Shown piece by piece: positions 10,068 through 23,106 of a stretch of 64,000 nt of DNA. The notes under the pieces were generated by a model that made no database searches, was not told the DNA's origin, and saw only the letters and a program-made list of their open reading frames with translations. The DNA lies in NCBI GenBank assembly GCA_963849325.1, contig CAWKHF010000006.1, positions 512,001 to 576,000 on the forward strand. The letters are read 5' to 3'. Within the stretch, counting starts at the first letter, position 1, and each line of letters opens with the position of its first letter. Source of the DNA: an uncultured Planctomycetota bacterium (GTDB taxonomy: Bacteria; Planctomycetota; Planctomycetia; Gemmatales; Gemmataceae). A program made the translations under genes and the position numbers.

Positions 10068-13000
10068 CTACGGCGGCAGCGAAGGACGGTCCCAGTCGCC
10101 GAGTTGGCGCTGCAACTCGTCCCAGCTCAGCGGCCGGCGCGGCACGCGGAAGTAGTTCTCGGCCAGCACCGCGATCGTCGTTCGCGCCGCCTGTACCCGA
10201 TGTACTTCCATCTCCAGCCGGCGCAGCCAGTACGGCACGTCGAGTCCGACGCCCATCGGCGTGGCCGTGTACACCTTCAACTCTTTCCGCAAGCGCGCGA
10301 AGGCCGGCCGTTCGCCTTCCTGCCGGGCTTCGCGCATGGCCGGCTCGATGAGGGCACACAGTCGATCCAGCGCCAGCGGCTTGACGAAGCGCTCACTCAG
10401 GCGGTCGCGGATGGTGCTCAGACGCATGCCGCGGACGCGCTCCAGGCGCTCCAGCTGGTCGAGGTGGCGGTGGGCCAGGTCGCGCGTAACGCGGTTCAGC
10501 GACTGCTCCCACAATATGGCGGCCTGTCCCCGGCCGCGCCGCGCCAGTACCTCGTGGGCCAGCACCAGCGGCCGGAACTGCCAGGCGTGCCGCTCGTAGG
10601 CCGCCTTCAGCCGCAAAAACTCCAGCAGGACGTGCAGGTTCTCGCCGTAGTCGGACTGCGTCGTCGTCGTGTTGTAGTCCTTGTATTCCTCGTAATTCTC
10701 GATGACCGCTTGCAGGACGATCTCCAGGCGGCGGATCGCGTCCTCCCGACGGATGGTCCGGCCCAGTTCCTCGAGCAGGCGCACCGGATGCAGCGGATCG
10801 GGATTGTCGCTGAGGTAGTCAAGATAGGCGGCGGCGCCGCGGTGCAGGATGCCGCGCAGGTTGGCCAACGTCATGAAGCGCGCATGGAACAGGTCGGCGC
10901 CGTAGCGCTGTACGAACGCCTGCACGGCCCGCCATTCCGACTCGCCCGTCAGCGTCTCCAGCACCGACAATTGCAGTGATCGGCTGTGCTCGATCCACAG
11001 CGTCAGGAACGGCGCGGTCAGGCGTTCGAGCACCCCAACCAGTTCCTCGTCGCCGCCGTGCCGGGGATCCCAGGTCGGCGCGGAGGCGACGACGCTTTCG
11101 ACGACGGCCTGGTAGGCGGCCTGGAAGAAGTGGTTGAACTCGGTGACGCCTCGGCCGCGCATCGGCTGGGACTGTTCCATGGCGCGGGCCGTCCGCAACA
11201 GATCGTAGGTTTCGCGGAGCAGACCGAGACGCGGCAGGTTGGCCAGCAGTGCCCGCAGGACGGTCTGGGCCACGCGCACGCGCAGAATCTGACGCGGTAC
11301 GCCGCCCTCGGTCAGCGGCGTGAACAGAAGCGGCTCCGACTGGAACCGATCGAGGAACGCGGGTAGCACCTGGCGCACCGCGGCCGACTCGCCGGCGAAC
11401 AGCGCCTGCTCCAGCCGAATGGCCGAAGCCTCCCATTCCGCGGCGGGGAGATCGGACGTTTCCTCGGCGGTTTCTCCCGTCGCGCCCTGCAAGGCGCCGA
11501 CGGCCAGCGACGTGTCCAGGCAGGCGCCGATGGCCGTGAACAGCAGCTGCTCCTTGAGGACGCGGCGGCGGTCGTACTCGACCAGCGAGTCGTAATCGCC
11601 GGTCGGCTCGTGGATCGGATGCGTGTGGATGGCGTCGAGCAGGGTGAGCAGGCGTCGCTGATTGTTGCGCGCGGTGCTCAGCCAGCCGGCCGGCGTCGCG
11701 TCCCAGTTCGCGCCGGCGCGTTGGTCCTCCGTTACCGTCCGTGCCGCGATCTGCCACAACCGGGCCAGGGTGGACAAAAAGTGCAGTCGTTTCTCCAGGC
11801 GCGCGCCCTCCCCCTCCAGATCGAACTCCTCGACCGGGCCGCCGTCGGCGACGGCGCCTTCGTCGTCACCGCCGGTGGTGTCGCGGTAGGTGACGTCCTC
11901 ATAGGCGGCGCCGAAAACGTCTTCCTCGTCCTCCTCCGCCGGCATCGGACCGAACAGCTCCAGCGCCGGGACCTGCCAGTACTCCTCGGCATTGGCTTCC
12001 AGGTAGTCGAAGAACTTGACGATCAACTCACGACGAATGGCGAGTGGCGAGTGGCGAGTGGCGAGGGAAGAGGCTTCTTCTTCCTTCGCCACTAACCACT
12101 TGCCACTCGCCACTCGCCACTCCGGATTGGCGACGGCCAGCATCCAGCGCAGGGCCAGGGCGTGGAAGGACGAAACATTGTCTTCGAGCGGCACCTGCTC
12201 GGCCTGGCTCAGCCAGCTGCACAACAGCGCCAGGGCGGCGCGATAATCGGCCTTGCGTAACAGCGTATCCACGACCAGGGCAAACGCCTTGGGCGAGTGG
12301 AACTGTTCGAGCTGGCCGCGCCAGAAGCCGAGGTCGGCGCTGGCCTCACCGCGCTCGTGCCAACCGGCCAGCGCCCGGGCCACGCCCCGCGCCGACGACG
12401 CCGCCTCGCCGCCGTGCAGCCGCCGCACGTCGCCGACCTCCACCGTGGCGAAACGGTCCCACCACTCCGCCAACCGCTTCAGGCCGGCCGTCAACGTCTG
12501 GACTAGTTCGCCATCACCGGCGGCGGCTCCCTCGCTCATCAGGCGCGCGTAGAGATGAAAAATCTGCTCGACGACCTGGATCAGTTCCTCAACGCGCGGA
12601 TCGCGGATGCTGTCCTCGCGGGCCGGCGATAGCGGGAATAGCCCCTGGAAGCCGAGGATGTTCCACGGATCGACGAAGGCGCCGCAGGCGATACCGCGGT
12701 GCAGCAGGTCCTCGACCTCGGGCAAGCGTCGGGCCGAGTCGCGCAAGCGGCCCTGGTCGGCCTCGACCTGCCCGCTCGTCAATCGGCCGAGCATTTCGCT
12801 GAGCAGGCGCATGGACACGGCGGGAATGCGACCGGCCTCGGCCCGGCTGGACTCCGGGTAGCCCATCTCGGCGAACAGCAGCGCCAGATCGCGCTGCTGC
12901 AACTGCGTGGCGCGATGGCGGGCCAGGTAAGCGTTGAGGTGCTGACGGGCGCCGCCGAACGCCTGCCGCGTCGTCGCCTGCTCCTCGCGCAGCCGGGCCG

Positions 13001-14026
13001 CATGTGGCCCTTCCAATCCCTTGAGCAAATGCTCATAGAAGATGTCCCGGTAACGCGCGATGCGCGGCAGCAACGTGGCGAGTGTCACGGTGGAGTCGTG
13101 GGCAGCCGGGCTATTTCCGCTGATGCCGGTGGCCATGAGCAGGGTGCCGGCCAGCACGGCGGCGCCCTCCAACAGTAACTCGTTGCGGTCGATCGGGCCG
13201 GGCGTGTCGATGCGCTCCCGCAGGGCGTCCAGAGTGATCTGTCGCGCCACGTAGCGGCGGAAGCGGCCCTGATTGTCCAGGTGATGCGGATCCCACTCGC
13301 CGAAGACATAATTGGGGCGACGGTTGACCGGGTGGCCGTGATCGTAGGCCCGTAAGTCAACGGCCAACTCGTCGAGCAAATCGAGGTCGAACTGCGCCTC
13401 GGCCCGAATGGCGGGATCGGTACCCTTCAGGATGTCGAGGGCGCGGGAGATCAGATCGTGGTACGGGCCGTAAGCGACGCCGCCCCCCTTGAGATACAAG
13501 GGCAACGGCCGATGGCGTTCGCGGTCATACGGCTCGCCCTGCGGCCGCGTCTCTAGAATGGCGATGGGCCGATGGCCGACGAAATCGTTGAGGCGAGCGA
13601 GAACGGCAGCCACGATGGCGTCGGCGTCCTCGCCGGCTCCGGCGGCCCGCTGGGCGAGGACGGCCTCGAAGACGCGCGCAGGAAAAAAGGCCCGAAGACA
13701 TTGCGGTCGTCGAGATGGGCGAGCAAGTCGGCGTGATGGCGACGGTAGGCGGGTAGGGTCCGCGCGGCCAGGGCGAGAATGTTCTCGGCCTGCGTCACGT
13801 CGCGGAAGGCGGCGCTGCCGCCCTCGTGTAGGGTGCGCAGGCTGGCCGACAGCCAGTCGAAAAGCGCCTGCCACGGCGCCGGCTCGCCGTGCTCGGCGAG
13901 GAAGGCGTAAGCGTCGTTGAACTGCTTCTGCCAGCGCGGATCGGGCCGTCCGTCGGAGAAATTCAGGTAGCCCAGCAGTGCCGACGCGGAGACGGCCTGT
14001 TCCAGTTGTGCGTAACGGTCATCCAC
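10068..14026 (-). CDS. Large (~1300 aa) alpha-helical hypothetical protein; frameshift near 13680
   Basis: Long ORF with typical codon bias; N-terminus in ORF 13553..14083 (LLGYLNFSDGRPDP); function not recognised. Confidence 0.8.
12038..12122. repeat. Inverted heptamer tandem repeat (TGGCGAG)n/(CTCGCCA)n inside a CDS
   Basis: tggcgag x4 ... ttcgccactaaccacttgccactcgccactcgccactc. Confidence 0.85.
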
Positions 14027-14151
14027 CGCTGGTTCCTCTTGTGTCCCTCGGGCCGTCCTCGCCCGTCTGTCCCTCTGCAGCATAGCGGGGCGGCCGGAAT
14101 CTCACCAGCCAGGGACGGGACCGTTCCCCTTGCAGCACTTCGGTGGCATCT

Positions 14152-15044
14152 TCAACGGCGGGAGGATTTGCGACGCTGCGGCTTCGGCGGCGCCGGCAGC
14201 AGTTCGTCCCAGGACTGTGACTGATAAACGCGCCGCGTCAATTGTTCCAGTTGGAGCAGATCTTGGATCGCCTCTACTTGTGCCTGTACGTTGGAAGAAG
14301 CCGCTGCGCCGAAACGATCCTGTCCCAGTTGCAGCAGCAGCTTGCGCTTCTTCCATCGCTCCCTGGGCAACTCCCTTCCGAACGATGGCCTGATACGTCG
14401 TGGATTCTTCCATACCGAGAACTCCTTGCAGCAATTGTTCCACCACCGTGTCTTGATAGCGCATGCCCATCAGCACGTACACCGCCGTCCACCAGCGCCC
14501 TAACCGGCCCCGATCGCGCACCCGCGCCACCCGATGCTTCATCTCCCGCAGCACGCCCGGCAACTCGGCTTCGCCCACGGCGCTGACCGGAGCGAGAGCC
14601 AATCGCCCCAGCCCGCCGCTCAGCAGCGACGCCACCGGCAGCTGCCAGACGCGAATCACCTGGTAGCGAAAGACTCGATACGGTTCGGATGCCTGCGGCA
14701 GGCTGTCGCTGGTAGAGGCCCGTGAGGAGGCGGAGATTCGCTTCCGGCCGCAGCAGCACCGCCACGCTGGCCACCGGCAGATCATGCCGATCTTCCAGCG
14801 CCGCATTATACACGTTCATACGTCGCGGCAGAGAGGCATCCGGCCCGGCCTGGAACTCCAAGTGCATCAACGACGGCGGCGGGCCGTACAGACGCAGCAC
14901 CTTGTCGGCTGCCCCGGAGATGGTGGACACATCGGCGTCAATCACCTCGACCCTCGGCTCGTGGACGCCGGCCAAGATCGGCCAGTCTTCCGGCGAATCC
15001 TCCAGCAACGATTTCAAGGTGACGTCGAATTTCTTTTCCAACAT
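14152..15044 (-). CDS. Rpn/YhgA-like (PD-(D/E)xK) putative transposase-related protein, frameshifted
   Basis: FDVTLK, ADKVL, MHLEFQAGPD, YRVFRYQVIRVWQLP, MEESTTYQAI and a C-terminal DUF4351-like tail. Confidence 0.7.
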
Positions 15045-15094
15045 TCGTCTCCGACGGTGTTCCTCTCCGGGTTAGGTTGCTGGAAGCGAATGGC

Positions 15095-15790
15095 TCAATA
15101 CTCAATGTTCCTCAGATGATGTTCAACCTTGATCGGTCTTTTGGATGTGCGAATCCTCTCGGCCATTTTTGTGAGAGATTGTTTCGCCCCAGCCCATTCT
15201 TTGTCCGACGCAAAGTGACGGGGCTTCTCTTGCCGCAAGGCCCACTCGGCCCCTTCCAGTTGCAGATCGGCCAGAGTCTTGCCCTTCCGGTCCTTCAGCC
15301 ACGACTTGTAACCACCGCATGCGAGAATGAACGAGATACTGCGCGGGATGCTTGCGAAATCGGGCTTGGTGGTGTGACACTGATGGACTTCCACATGCAC
15401 GTCGATGATCTGACGGCACGCATAACCGACCGATGCTTTGACAAAGGCCCCGCTGGTTCCGTACTCTTCGCGGACGTACGAATAACGATCATCATGTGCG
15501 TTTCTTACAAGAACGGGCAAGGAAACCTCAATATTGTCACTCAACTTATTGTAGGCTTTTTGGATCTCCATTAAGGCTTTTTTGTCCTGGCCTTTCGGCG
15601 GTTTGAGGACGTAGTCCTTGTCGAACGGCGGCTTATTCGGATTGACGAGTTTCTTGACGAGCTTCTCGCATTCTTTCACAGAAATCCGGTCTTTCTCGGG
15701 AGCGGAACGCTCTCCGGCCTTCATCGAGGCGGCGAGAATGGCGAAAAGACCAATCACGCTGAGAAACCGGATCAATCTTCGTAGGAACAT
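15095..15790 (-). CDS. Hypothetical secreted protein, lower GC than flanks
   Basis: Signal-peptide-like N-terminus MFLRRLIRFLSVIGLFAILAAS; Lys-rich. Confidence 0.7.
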   Translation of the reverse strand: MFLRRLIRFLSVIGLFAILAASMKAGERSAPEKDRISVKECEKLVKKLVNPNKPPFDKDYVLKPPKGQDKKALMEIQKAYNKLSDNIEVSLPVLVRNAHDDRYSYVREEYGTSGAFVKASVGYACRQIIDVHVEVHQCHTTKPDFASIPRSISFILACGGYKSWLKDRKGKTLADLQLEGAEWALRQEKPRHFASDKEWAGAKQSLTKMAERIRTSKRPIKVEHHLRNIEY

Positions 15791-16004
15791 GAAAACCTCT
15801 TTTTGTTTTATCCGCGAGTTACCAGTCCACCGTTGACCATCCTCTCGGCTTGAGAGGTTCCCGTCAAGCATCCACCAGAGAATACTCCATCTTATTCCGG
15901 CGGAGCCGGACGACGACTTTGCATTGAGCCATCCGCACAGCGACACTACGATGAGACGGCCACGGGGCGGCATTGTCACACCGCATCCCATGAGGAAGGA
16001 ACGC

Positions 16005-17491
16005 ATGAACGACAGATACGAGGATAAGGGCGCTCCCGCCGACGCCGGGCTGGACACCGAGTTTCATCGCGGCCTGGGTCTGTTCGATGCCACGATGGTC
16101 GTCGTCGGCTCGATGATCGGCTCGGGCATTTTCATCGTGCCGGCGACGATGGCCCGCGAGATCGGCAGTCCCGGCTGGCTGCTCGTCGCCTGGCTCCTCA
16201 CCGGCGCGCTGACCGATCAGCGCCGCCCTGTCCTACGGCGAGCTGGCCGCGATGATGCCGCGGGCCGGCGGACAGTATCTCTACCTGCGCGAGGCGTTCT
16301 CGCCGCTGTGCGGCTTTCTCTACGGCTGGACGCTGTTCCTCGTCATCCAGACCGGATTCATCGCGGCGGTCGCCGTCGCCTTCGCACGCTTCGCCGGCGT
16401 GCTGTGGCCGGCCATCTCCGAGGAGAAATATCTGCTGGGTCCGTGGCACCTGACGCCCGGCTATGCCGTGTCGCTGTCCACGGCCCAACTCGTCGGCGTG
16501 ACCATGATCGCCGTGCTGACGGCGACGAACATCTGCGGCCTGCGCTACGGCAAGCTCGTGCAGAACCTGTTCACCGTCACCAAGACGGGGGCGCTGTTGG
16601 GACTGATCGTCGTAGGGCTGGTGCTCGGCTGGAACGCGGAGGCGGTCGGCGGCGAACTTCGGCGACCTGTGGACGGTGCGCGGCTGCCAGGATCTCGGCG
16701 GCGGGCTGACGGCGGCGACCGGGTTCGGCCTGTTCGTCGCCCTGTGCGTGGCGCAAACCGGATCGCTGTTCTCGTCGGACACCTGGAACAACATCACCTT
16801 CACGGCCGGCGAGGTGCGTCATCCGCGGCGCAATCTGCCGCTGTCGCTGGCGCTGGGCACGTCGTCGGTGCTCGCCCTGTATCTGCTGGCCAACCTCGCC
16901 TATCTGGTGACCTTGCCGTTTGCGACCATTCAGCGCGAGCCAGCCCCGCCGGTGGCGACGGTGATGATGGAGCGCATCTTCCCACGAACCGGCGTGCCGC
17001 TCATGGCGGCGGCCATCATGATCTCGACGTTCGGCTGCAACAACGGCCTCATCCTGGCGGGGCGCGAGCGTACTACGCCATGGCGCGCGATGGGCTGTTC
17101 TTCCAGTCCGCCGGCCGGCTCAACGCCGCCCGCGTGCCGGCCGGCGGCCTGGTCCTGCAAGGCGTATGGGCCGCCCTGCTCGTGCTGCCGCGCACCTACG
17201 CCGGCGGCCAATACGGCAACCTCTACAACGATCTGCTCGACTACATCATCTCGGCGGCGCTGCTGTTCTACGTGCTCACCATCGCCGCGGTCTATCGCCT
17301 GCGCGTCAGCCGGCCCGAGGCGGAGCGGCCGTACCGGGCCTTCGGCTATCCCGTGGTGCCGGCGTTGTACATCGTCGGGCGCGACAATCCTTGTCGGCGT
17401 GCTGGTGGTGTATCGGCCGATGACGACCTGGCCGGGAATGGTCATCGTCTTGCTGGGATTGCCGGTGTACTATCTCTGGAAAGGACGATGA
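16005..17491 (+). CDS. APC family amino acid permease (several frameshifts)
   Basis: LGLFDATMVVVGSMIGSGIF, PRAGGQYLYLREAF, GEVRHPRRNLP, ERPYRAFGYPVVP. Confidence 0.9.
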
Positions 17492-17501
17492 GGAGTGTAC
17501 T

Positions 17502-17903
17502 TCATTTCAGCAGGGCGATAAAGCCGGCTTGCTCGAAGTGATGATCGCCGGTCAGCGCCTCGCTGATCCCCTCGCGCTGCATGACCACGAACGAGATGCA
17601 ATCGGTCAGCGACCAATCTTTATCGGGACGCTGGGCGTAGAGTTGGAAACCCTCCTGGAGGAGTGCCCGACTCGCCGGGACGATCTCCAGTTCCTTCCGT
17701 CCTTGCAACTTCTGGTAAATAATCACGAAGGTAGCCCGATTCGGCGGCCGGGCGAAGGCGTCCGCCAATTCCACCATCACCCAGTCCGTGGTAACCATGC
17801 GACCCTGGAAAGAGTTGGTGAACCTCGTTGCTTTCTCGTGAGCCGTGTCGTGGGGATTGAACTGGGCAAGGAAGTAAAACGTGTCCGCGAAGAGGGTTTT
17901 CAT
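17502..17903 (-). CDS. vapC: VapC-family PIN-domain toxin
   Basis: FADTFYF, E, SLTDCISF, LTGDHHFEQAGF. Confidence 0.9.
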   Translation of the reverse strand: MKTLFADTFYFLAQFNPHDTAHEKATRFTNSFQGRMVTTDWVMVELADAFARPPNRATFVIIYQKLQGRKELEIVPASRALLQEGFQLYAQRPDKDWSLTDCISFVVMQREGISEALTGDHHFEQAGFIALLK

Positions 17904-18115
17904 CGCTTGGAAGTTCCGTGGATGTAGTGATCGTGCTGCTCGGCCATGTCCGGCGGTAGGTCCGTCATGCAGCCGGCGTACTTTCTCAGCACGTCGCCGA
18001 GCGTCGCCTCTGGTCCCAACTCGTTAACGGTTATCGACACCCGCGTTCCCTCGGGGAGGGTCAGGTTGTTATCGAACACAACCACACCGTTCTGGACCGT
18101 TCCATGCAGTTCCAT
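17900..18115 (-). CDS. Antitoxin partner of the PIN toxin
   Basis: 71 aa, 4-bp overlap with the toxin gene; GTVQNGVVV...LPEGTRV, DMAEQHDHYIHG. Confidence 0.8.
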   Translation of the reverse strand: MELHGTVQNGVVVFDNNLTLPEGTRVSITVNELGPEATLGDVLRKYAGCMTDLPPDMAEQHDHYIHGTSKR

Positions 18116-18202
18116 GAGGATTTCTCCGGGATCAAGAGAGCTTCATTCGCCTGTTGTTATTCTACAGAGGGAGCAGCGGAGGTACGGACTACCATTTCCC
18201 CG

Positions 18203-18649
18203 TCAGAGGGTCTCGATCTCGCTGATGACAAAGCGTGGGTCTCGCGGCACCAGACGCTGATGCAGGCAATCCACCAGGTAATCCAGGTCTTCGAGAACGA
18301 TGGCCCCGATCAACGCCTCGGTGCGCGAGGGCTCGCCGATGGCGGTAAACGTCCCTTGGCGTCCGCGAATCTCGACTTGCACGTCCTGCGCCGTGTCGCG
18401 CGTCCGCGTACGGCCATCGGCAGAACGGACCTTGACCTTGTCGGCCTGGGGCAAGCCGAGTTGTTGGACAACGGCTTGCGGCAGCACCAGGCGGCCCGCG
18501 CCGGAATCGACCACGCCGCGGATCGTCACGCGCCGTACCTGATCCTCGGCGAGGGCGCCCTCTTCGGCCTTGATGATGTCTCGTCGATTCGCCACCTGGA
18601 ACTCGACCGAGAATCGTCCCACGCCGTTGTCTCCCCTGGTCCTCATCAT
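18203..18649 (-). CDS. Retropepsin-like (clan AA) aspartic protease
   Basis: VVDSGA catalytic motif, ADGR flap, LIGAIVLEDLD. Confidence 0.85.
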   Translation of the reverse strand: MMRTRGDNGVGRFSVEFQVANRRDIIKAEEGALAEDQVRRVTIRGVVDSGAGRLVLPQAVVQQLGLPQADKVKVRSADGRTRTRDTAQDVQVEIRGRQGTFTAIGEPSRTEALIGAIVLEDLDYLVDCLHQRLVPRDPRFVISEIETL

Positions 18650-18821
18650 GCCATCTCCGCGGGAACGAAATGCCTTACGCGGATTATACACCACCGGCGA
18701 ACACCGTTGCGGTTGCTCCTCCGGCTTGTCACGAAAAGGCGATCAGGGATGATCCGCGCCGGGGGAAGAAGTGAAGAGGGGATGCCGCGATGAGAACGCA
18801 GCATCCGCGGCCGACGCAACG

Positions 18822-19997
18822 TCACCAGCCGAAGATTTGCCGTCCCAAATCGATCAGACCGTAGAGCATCCCCCCAACGACCAATAGCGCCAGCGAGAGG
18901 GCGATTCCGTGCGGCAGGCAGTGCGAATAAAAGGGGAAGGTGTAGACGCCGCTGAAAAAGGGGTATGGCGGCGGCGGCGGAGTGGACCGTTCGCGCTCGG
19001 CGATCCGCTGGCGCACCTGCTCGGCGAACAGTTCGGATTGCGGTTCCCTCGTGGTCGGCGGTTCCTCGGACGCCTCCTGCATGTCGATCGGCTCGTACTC
19101 CTCGGGGGACACATAAGGAAGGGGCTTCGCCGGCTTCTCGGACGGCGGCTCCGACCGGGCCGGCTTGTCGGCGGCGATGCCGTAGCCCTCGATTTCATCC
19201 GGGCTGGGCGGCGTTAACGCCGTCTTCGCCTTCGGCGGCGGATCGTCGGCCCAGGGGAAGCGTTTGCTCTTGGCCCGCGTCTTTCCCTCCTCGGGGGCCG
19301 CCCAGGGGTCTTGCACCGCTGCCGGCGGCTTCCGCTTCTTCTTCCCGCCGGACGTGACCGGCGGACGTTTCACGGCCCTCGATTTGGTGGTGGCGCGGGG
19401 GGCGGACGGCAAGCGCTGGATGAGCCAGGCCATGCGGCCGAGCAGACGGGAATAGATCAGGACCACGGCGGCGCCGACCCCAGCCGCCACCGGAAGCAAC
19501 ACGGGACGGTTCGCGGCCAGGGCGAAATACCACGGCGCGACCCCGATCCCAATGAGGATGGCCGTCAGCAAGTAAAAGCCCAGCGCGGCGGGAGCGAGAC
19601 GCAGGAAGCGACAGAAGATGGTCCAGCGGAACGGCACCCAGCGCGATTGCGCACTGAGCGACGACAATAGACCGATGGGGAAGAACAGCCACAATCCCGG
19701 TCCGGCCAGGATCAGGACGCGCAGGGCGCCCTCGCCGGGGAGCCAGACGTCGCGCAAGGACCGGGCCAGGATGCCGGCCGGTGCCAGCCAGATTCCCAAC
19801 AATTCGATGAACAGCACGGCATGGCCGAGCCAATCGACGTAGGGCTCGGTCGGCCAGATCACTTCGTCCTGCCCCAGCCCGGTCTCCTGCACCACCACGA
19901 GCACGCACCGCGCCACGAAGGCCAGCACGCAGACGCCGACCCCGACCGACGCCGCCAACAGCATCACGAAGAGAATGACAGGACCGGCCGCACCCAT
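18822..19997 (-). CDS. Hypothetical membrane protein with Pro-rich cytoplasmic region
   Basis: Multiple hydrophobic segments and a long ORF. Confidence 0.7.
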   Translation of the reverse strand: MGAAGPVILFVMLLAASVGVGVCVLAFVARCVLVVVQETGLGQDEVIWPTEPYVDWLGHAVLFIELLGIWLAPAGILARSLRDVWLPGEGALRVLILAGPGLWLFFPIGLLSSLSAQSRWVPFRWTIFCRFLRLAPAALGFYLLTAILIGIGVAPWYFALAANRPVLLPVAAGVGAAVVLIYSRLLGRMAWLIQRLPSAPRATTKSRAVKRPPVTSGGKKKRKPPAAVQDPWAAPEEGKTRAKSKRFPWADDPPPKAKTALTPPSPDEIEGYGIAADKPARSEPPSEKPAKPLPYVSPEEYEPIDMQEASEEPPTTREPQSELFAEQVRQRIAERERSTPPPPPYPFFSGVYTFPFYSHCLPHGIALSLALLVVGGMLYGLIDLGRQIFGW

Positions 19998-20011
19998 GAC
20001 GATGCCTCCCA

Positions 20012-20069
20012 ACAAGTCCCGAGCGCCAGCGCGGGAGCTTTTCACCCCGCGCTGGCGCTCAGGGCTTGT
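20012..20069. repeat. REP-like palindrome (same family as 1328-1396)
   Basis: acaagtcccgagcgccagcgcggg / cccgcgctggcgctcagggcttgt. Confidence 0.7.
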
Positions 20070-20081
20070 GACAATTCCTTG

Positions 20082-21556
<1,475 letters not shown>

Positions 21557-21770
21557 TACCTGGGAGGGATTGTAGCCCAGGCGAGGCACTACGGCCACCG
21601 ATCCATCGTCGCTCATGGAAGGACAAACCGGCGACGGGCCGGGATTTCGCTTGACAGAGAATCGCCCTGAGCTTGAGATAGCGCCGTTAGGGTGCGCCGG
21701 CACGCCGAAGCAGAGGCTTAGGCGCGCACCGGCGCGCCCGAAGAATGAGTTCGGCCGCAGAGATCCCGGG

Positions 21771-22295
21771 ATGGCGATCCGCTATACGGTCTACTGCAAA
21801 CGCAGCGTCGCTGGTGTCGCGCCGGAGCAACTGCTCGCTGGCGTTCGATCGGCAGATTTGCACACGATTGCAGAAAATGATGAAATCTCCGACGATGCGA
21901 TCATCGATGCACTGGACCAATTGCGGATAGAGAACGTCGATCCGAGCGGCTTTCGCTGTTATCGTCTTTGCTACCGGCCGACTGGGAAACGGCAGGTCGA
22001 TGTCGAACGGTGGCAAACAGCCGACGAAGTTCGCGGCGTGGCGACCGAAGTGCTCGAAGGCCTGGAGGAGGAGGGACATCCGGCTTTGGAGCATATCCGA
22101 ACCCACCTCCAGCAAACCGTGGACATTGTCGATGCCTCCTTCGGTTCGTCGCCAGGCGAGCAAATGGCCCCGGTGCTGGCCTCGGAAGTGACGCGCTGGC
22201 TGGCGGAGAAATTCGATGGTATCATCCGGGCGGCCGATGGTACTTGGTGGGAGTTGGGATCGCGCCATCACGAGTATCAGCGCTTGCACTCGTAG
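21771..22295 (+). CDS. Hypothetical protein, possibly an immunity protein
   Basis: Acidic 174 aa ORF with lower GC, next to an orphan toxin module. Confidence 0.6.
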   Translation: MAIRYTVYCKRSVAGVAPEQLLAGVRSADLHTIAENDEISDDAIIDALDQLRIENVDPSGFRCYRLCYRPTGKRQVDVERWQTADEVRGVATEVLEGLEEEGHPALEHIRTHLQQTVDIVDASFGSSPGEQMAPVLASEVTRWLAEKFDGIIRAADGTWWELGSRHHEYQRLHS

Positions 22296-22386
22296 GGGTG
22301 GTCGGGCCGAACCAGATGGTGCTGCCGCAGACCGATCGCGCGAATGAAGGCTTGTCGAGCTTCAGCGCTTCTCTCCGCGTGATCCG

Positions 22387-22734
22387 GTGGCAGAGTTGGA
22401 TCGTTCGGGGATTCTCGTGCATAATGCCAGCGGACAAACCCCTCTGCAGATCGCGGAGTCAGGAGGCCGTCACTCCGGCTTTTTGCGACAGCGACGGGGC
22501 AAGACGCCTGACGAGCTACTTCGGGAAGGCCAAACCTTGCGCCAGCGCGCCGCCGAACACGCCGAGAAAATCAGGAACCGTGTTGGTTACAATAAGATCA
22601 GCGATGATCCCGTGATCCAAGCGCAGTCGGAGGCTGGTCGTACTCGGCATCTGCAAAAGGAGGTTGACAACTTCACCCAGCAGGCCGAAATCGTCGAGGA
22701 ACTCGCCCGCAGAAAGGCAGCAGGTGGACCATGA
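22387..22734 (+). pseudogene. Orphan polymorphic-toxin C-terminal module starting at a Hint-domain end (GILVHN)
   Basis: GILVHN then a ~100 aa helical domain; in-frame stop upstream at 22345-22347. Confidence 0.6.
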
Positions 22735-22976
22735 ACGAGGCGCTATCTTGCATCGAGGATACCCTTCGGTCATTGCTCGACGAAGCCAAAGAGGCGCGGC
22801 AGGCAGCCATCGCGGGCCGTGGGTCTACGGGAGAAGGTTTCGTCGTCGGACGCGCGGAGGCGCTCACCGAAGTCCTTCACACGTGGTCCAATCAACTTCA
22901 AACATTCGGCCTTGCCGCTCCACTCAACGGCGTCTGGACGGAGTTGCGCGAGTTTCTCGCCCCTCAGGGTTACTGA
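22731..22976 (+). CDS. Small acidic protein, putative cognate immunity
   Basis: ATGA overlap with the toxin tip; 81 aa. Confidence 0.55.
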   Translation: MNEALSCIEDTLRSLLDEAKEARQAAIAGRGSTGEGFVVGRAEALTEVLHTWSNQLQTFGLAAPLNGVWTELREFLAPQGY

Positions 22977-23106
22977 CTTGGGAGGGGCCAGGCCGAACGT
23001 CCGAATCGCCAGGGCCAGAGCGCGCATGTCGGCCACTCGTACAAGAAGTGTGTCATGAGGAAACTCGTTGGTTGCGTCGTGCGGCGCAGCCCGGCCGTGG
23101 ACCCGA

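Noticed and set aside
14152-18649. Rpn-like gene, VapBC and aspartic protease as a genomic island
   Set aside because: There is no integrase, tRNA or att site, and a permease is interleaved. These are common scattered accessory genes.
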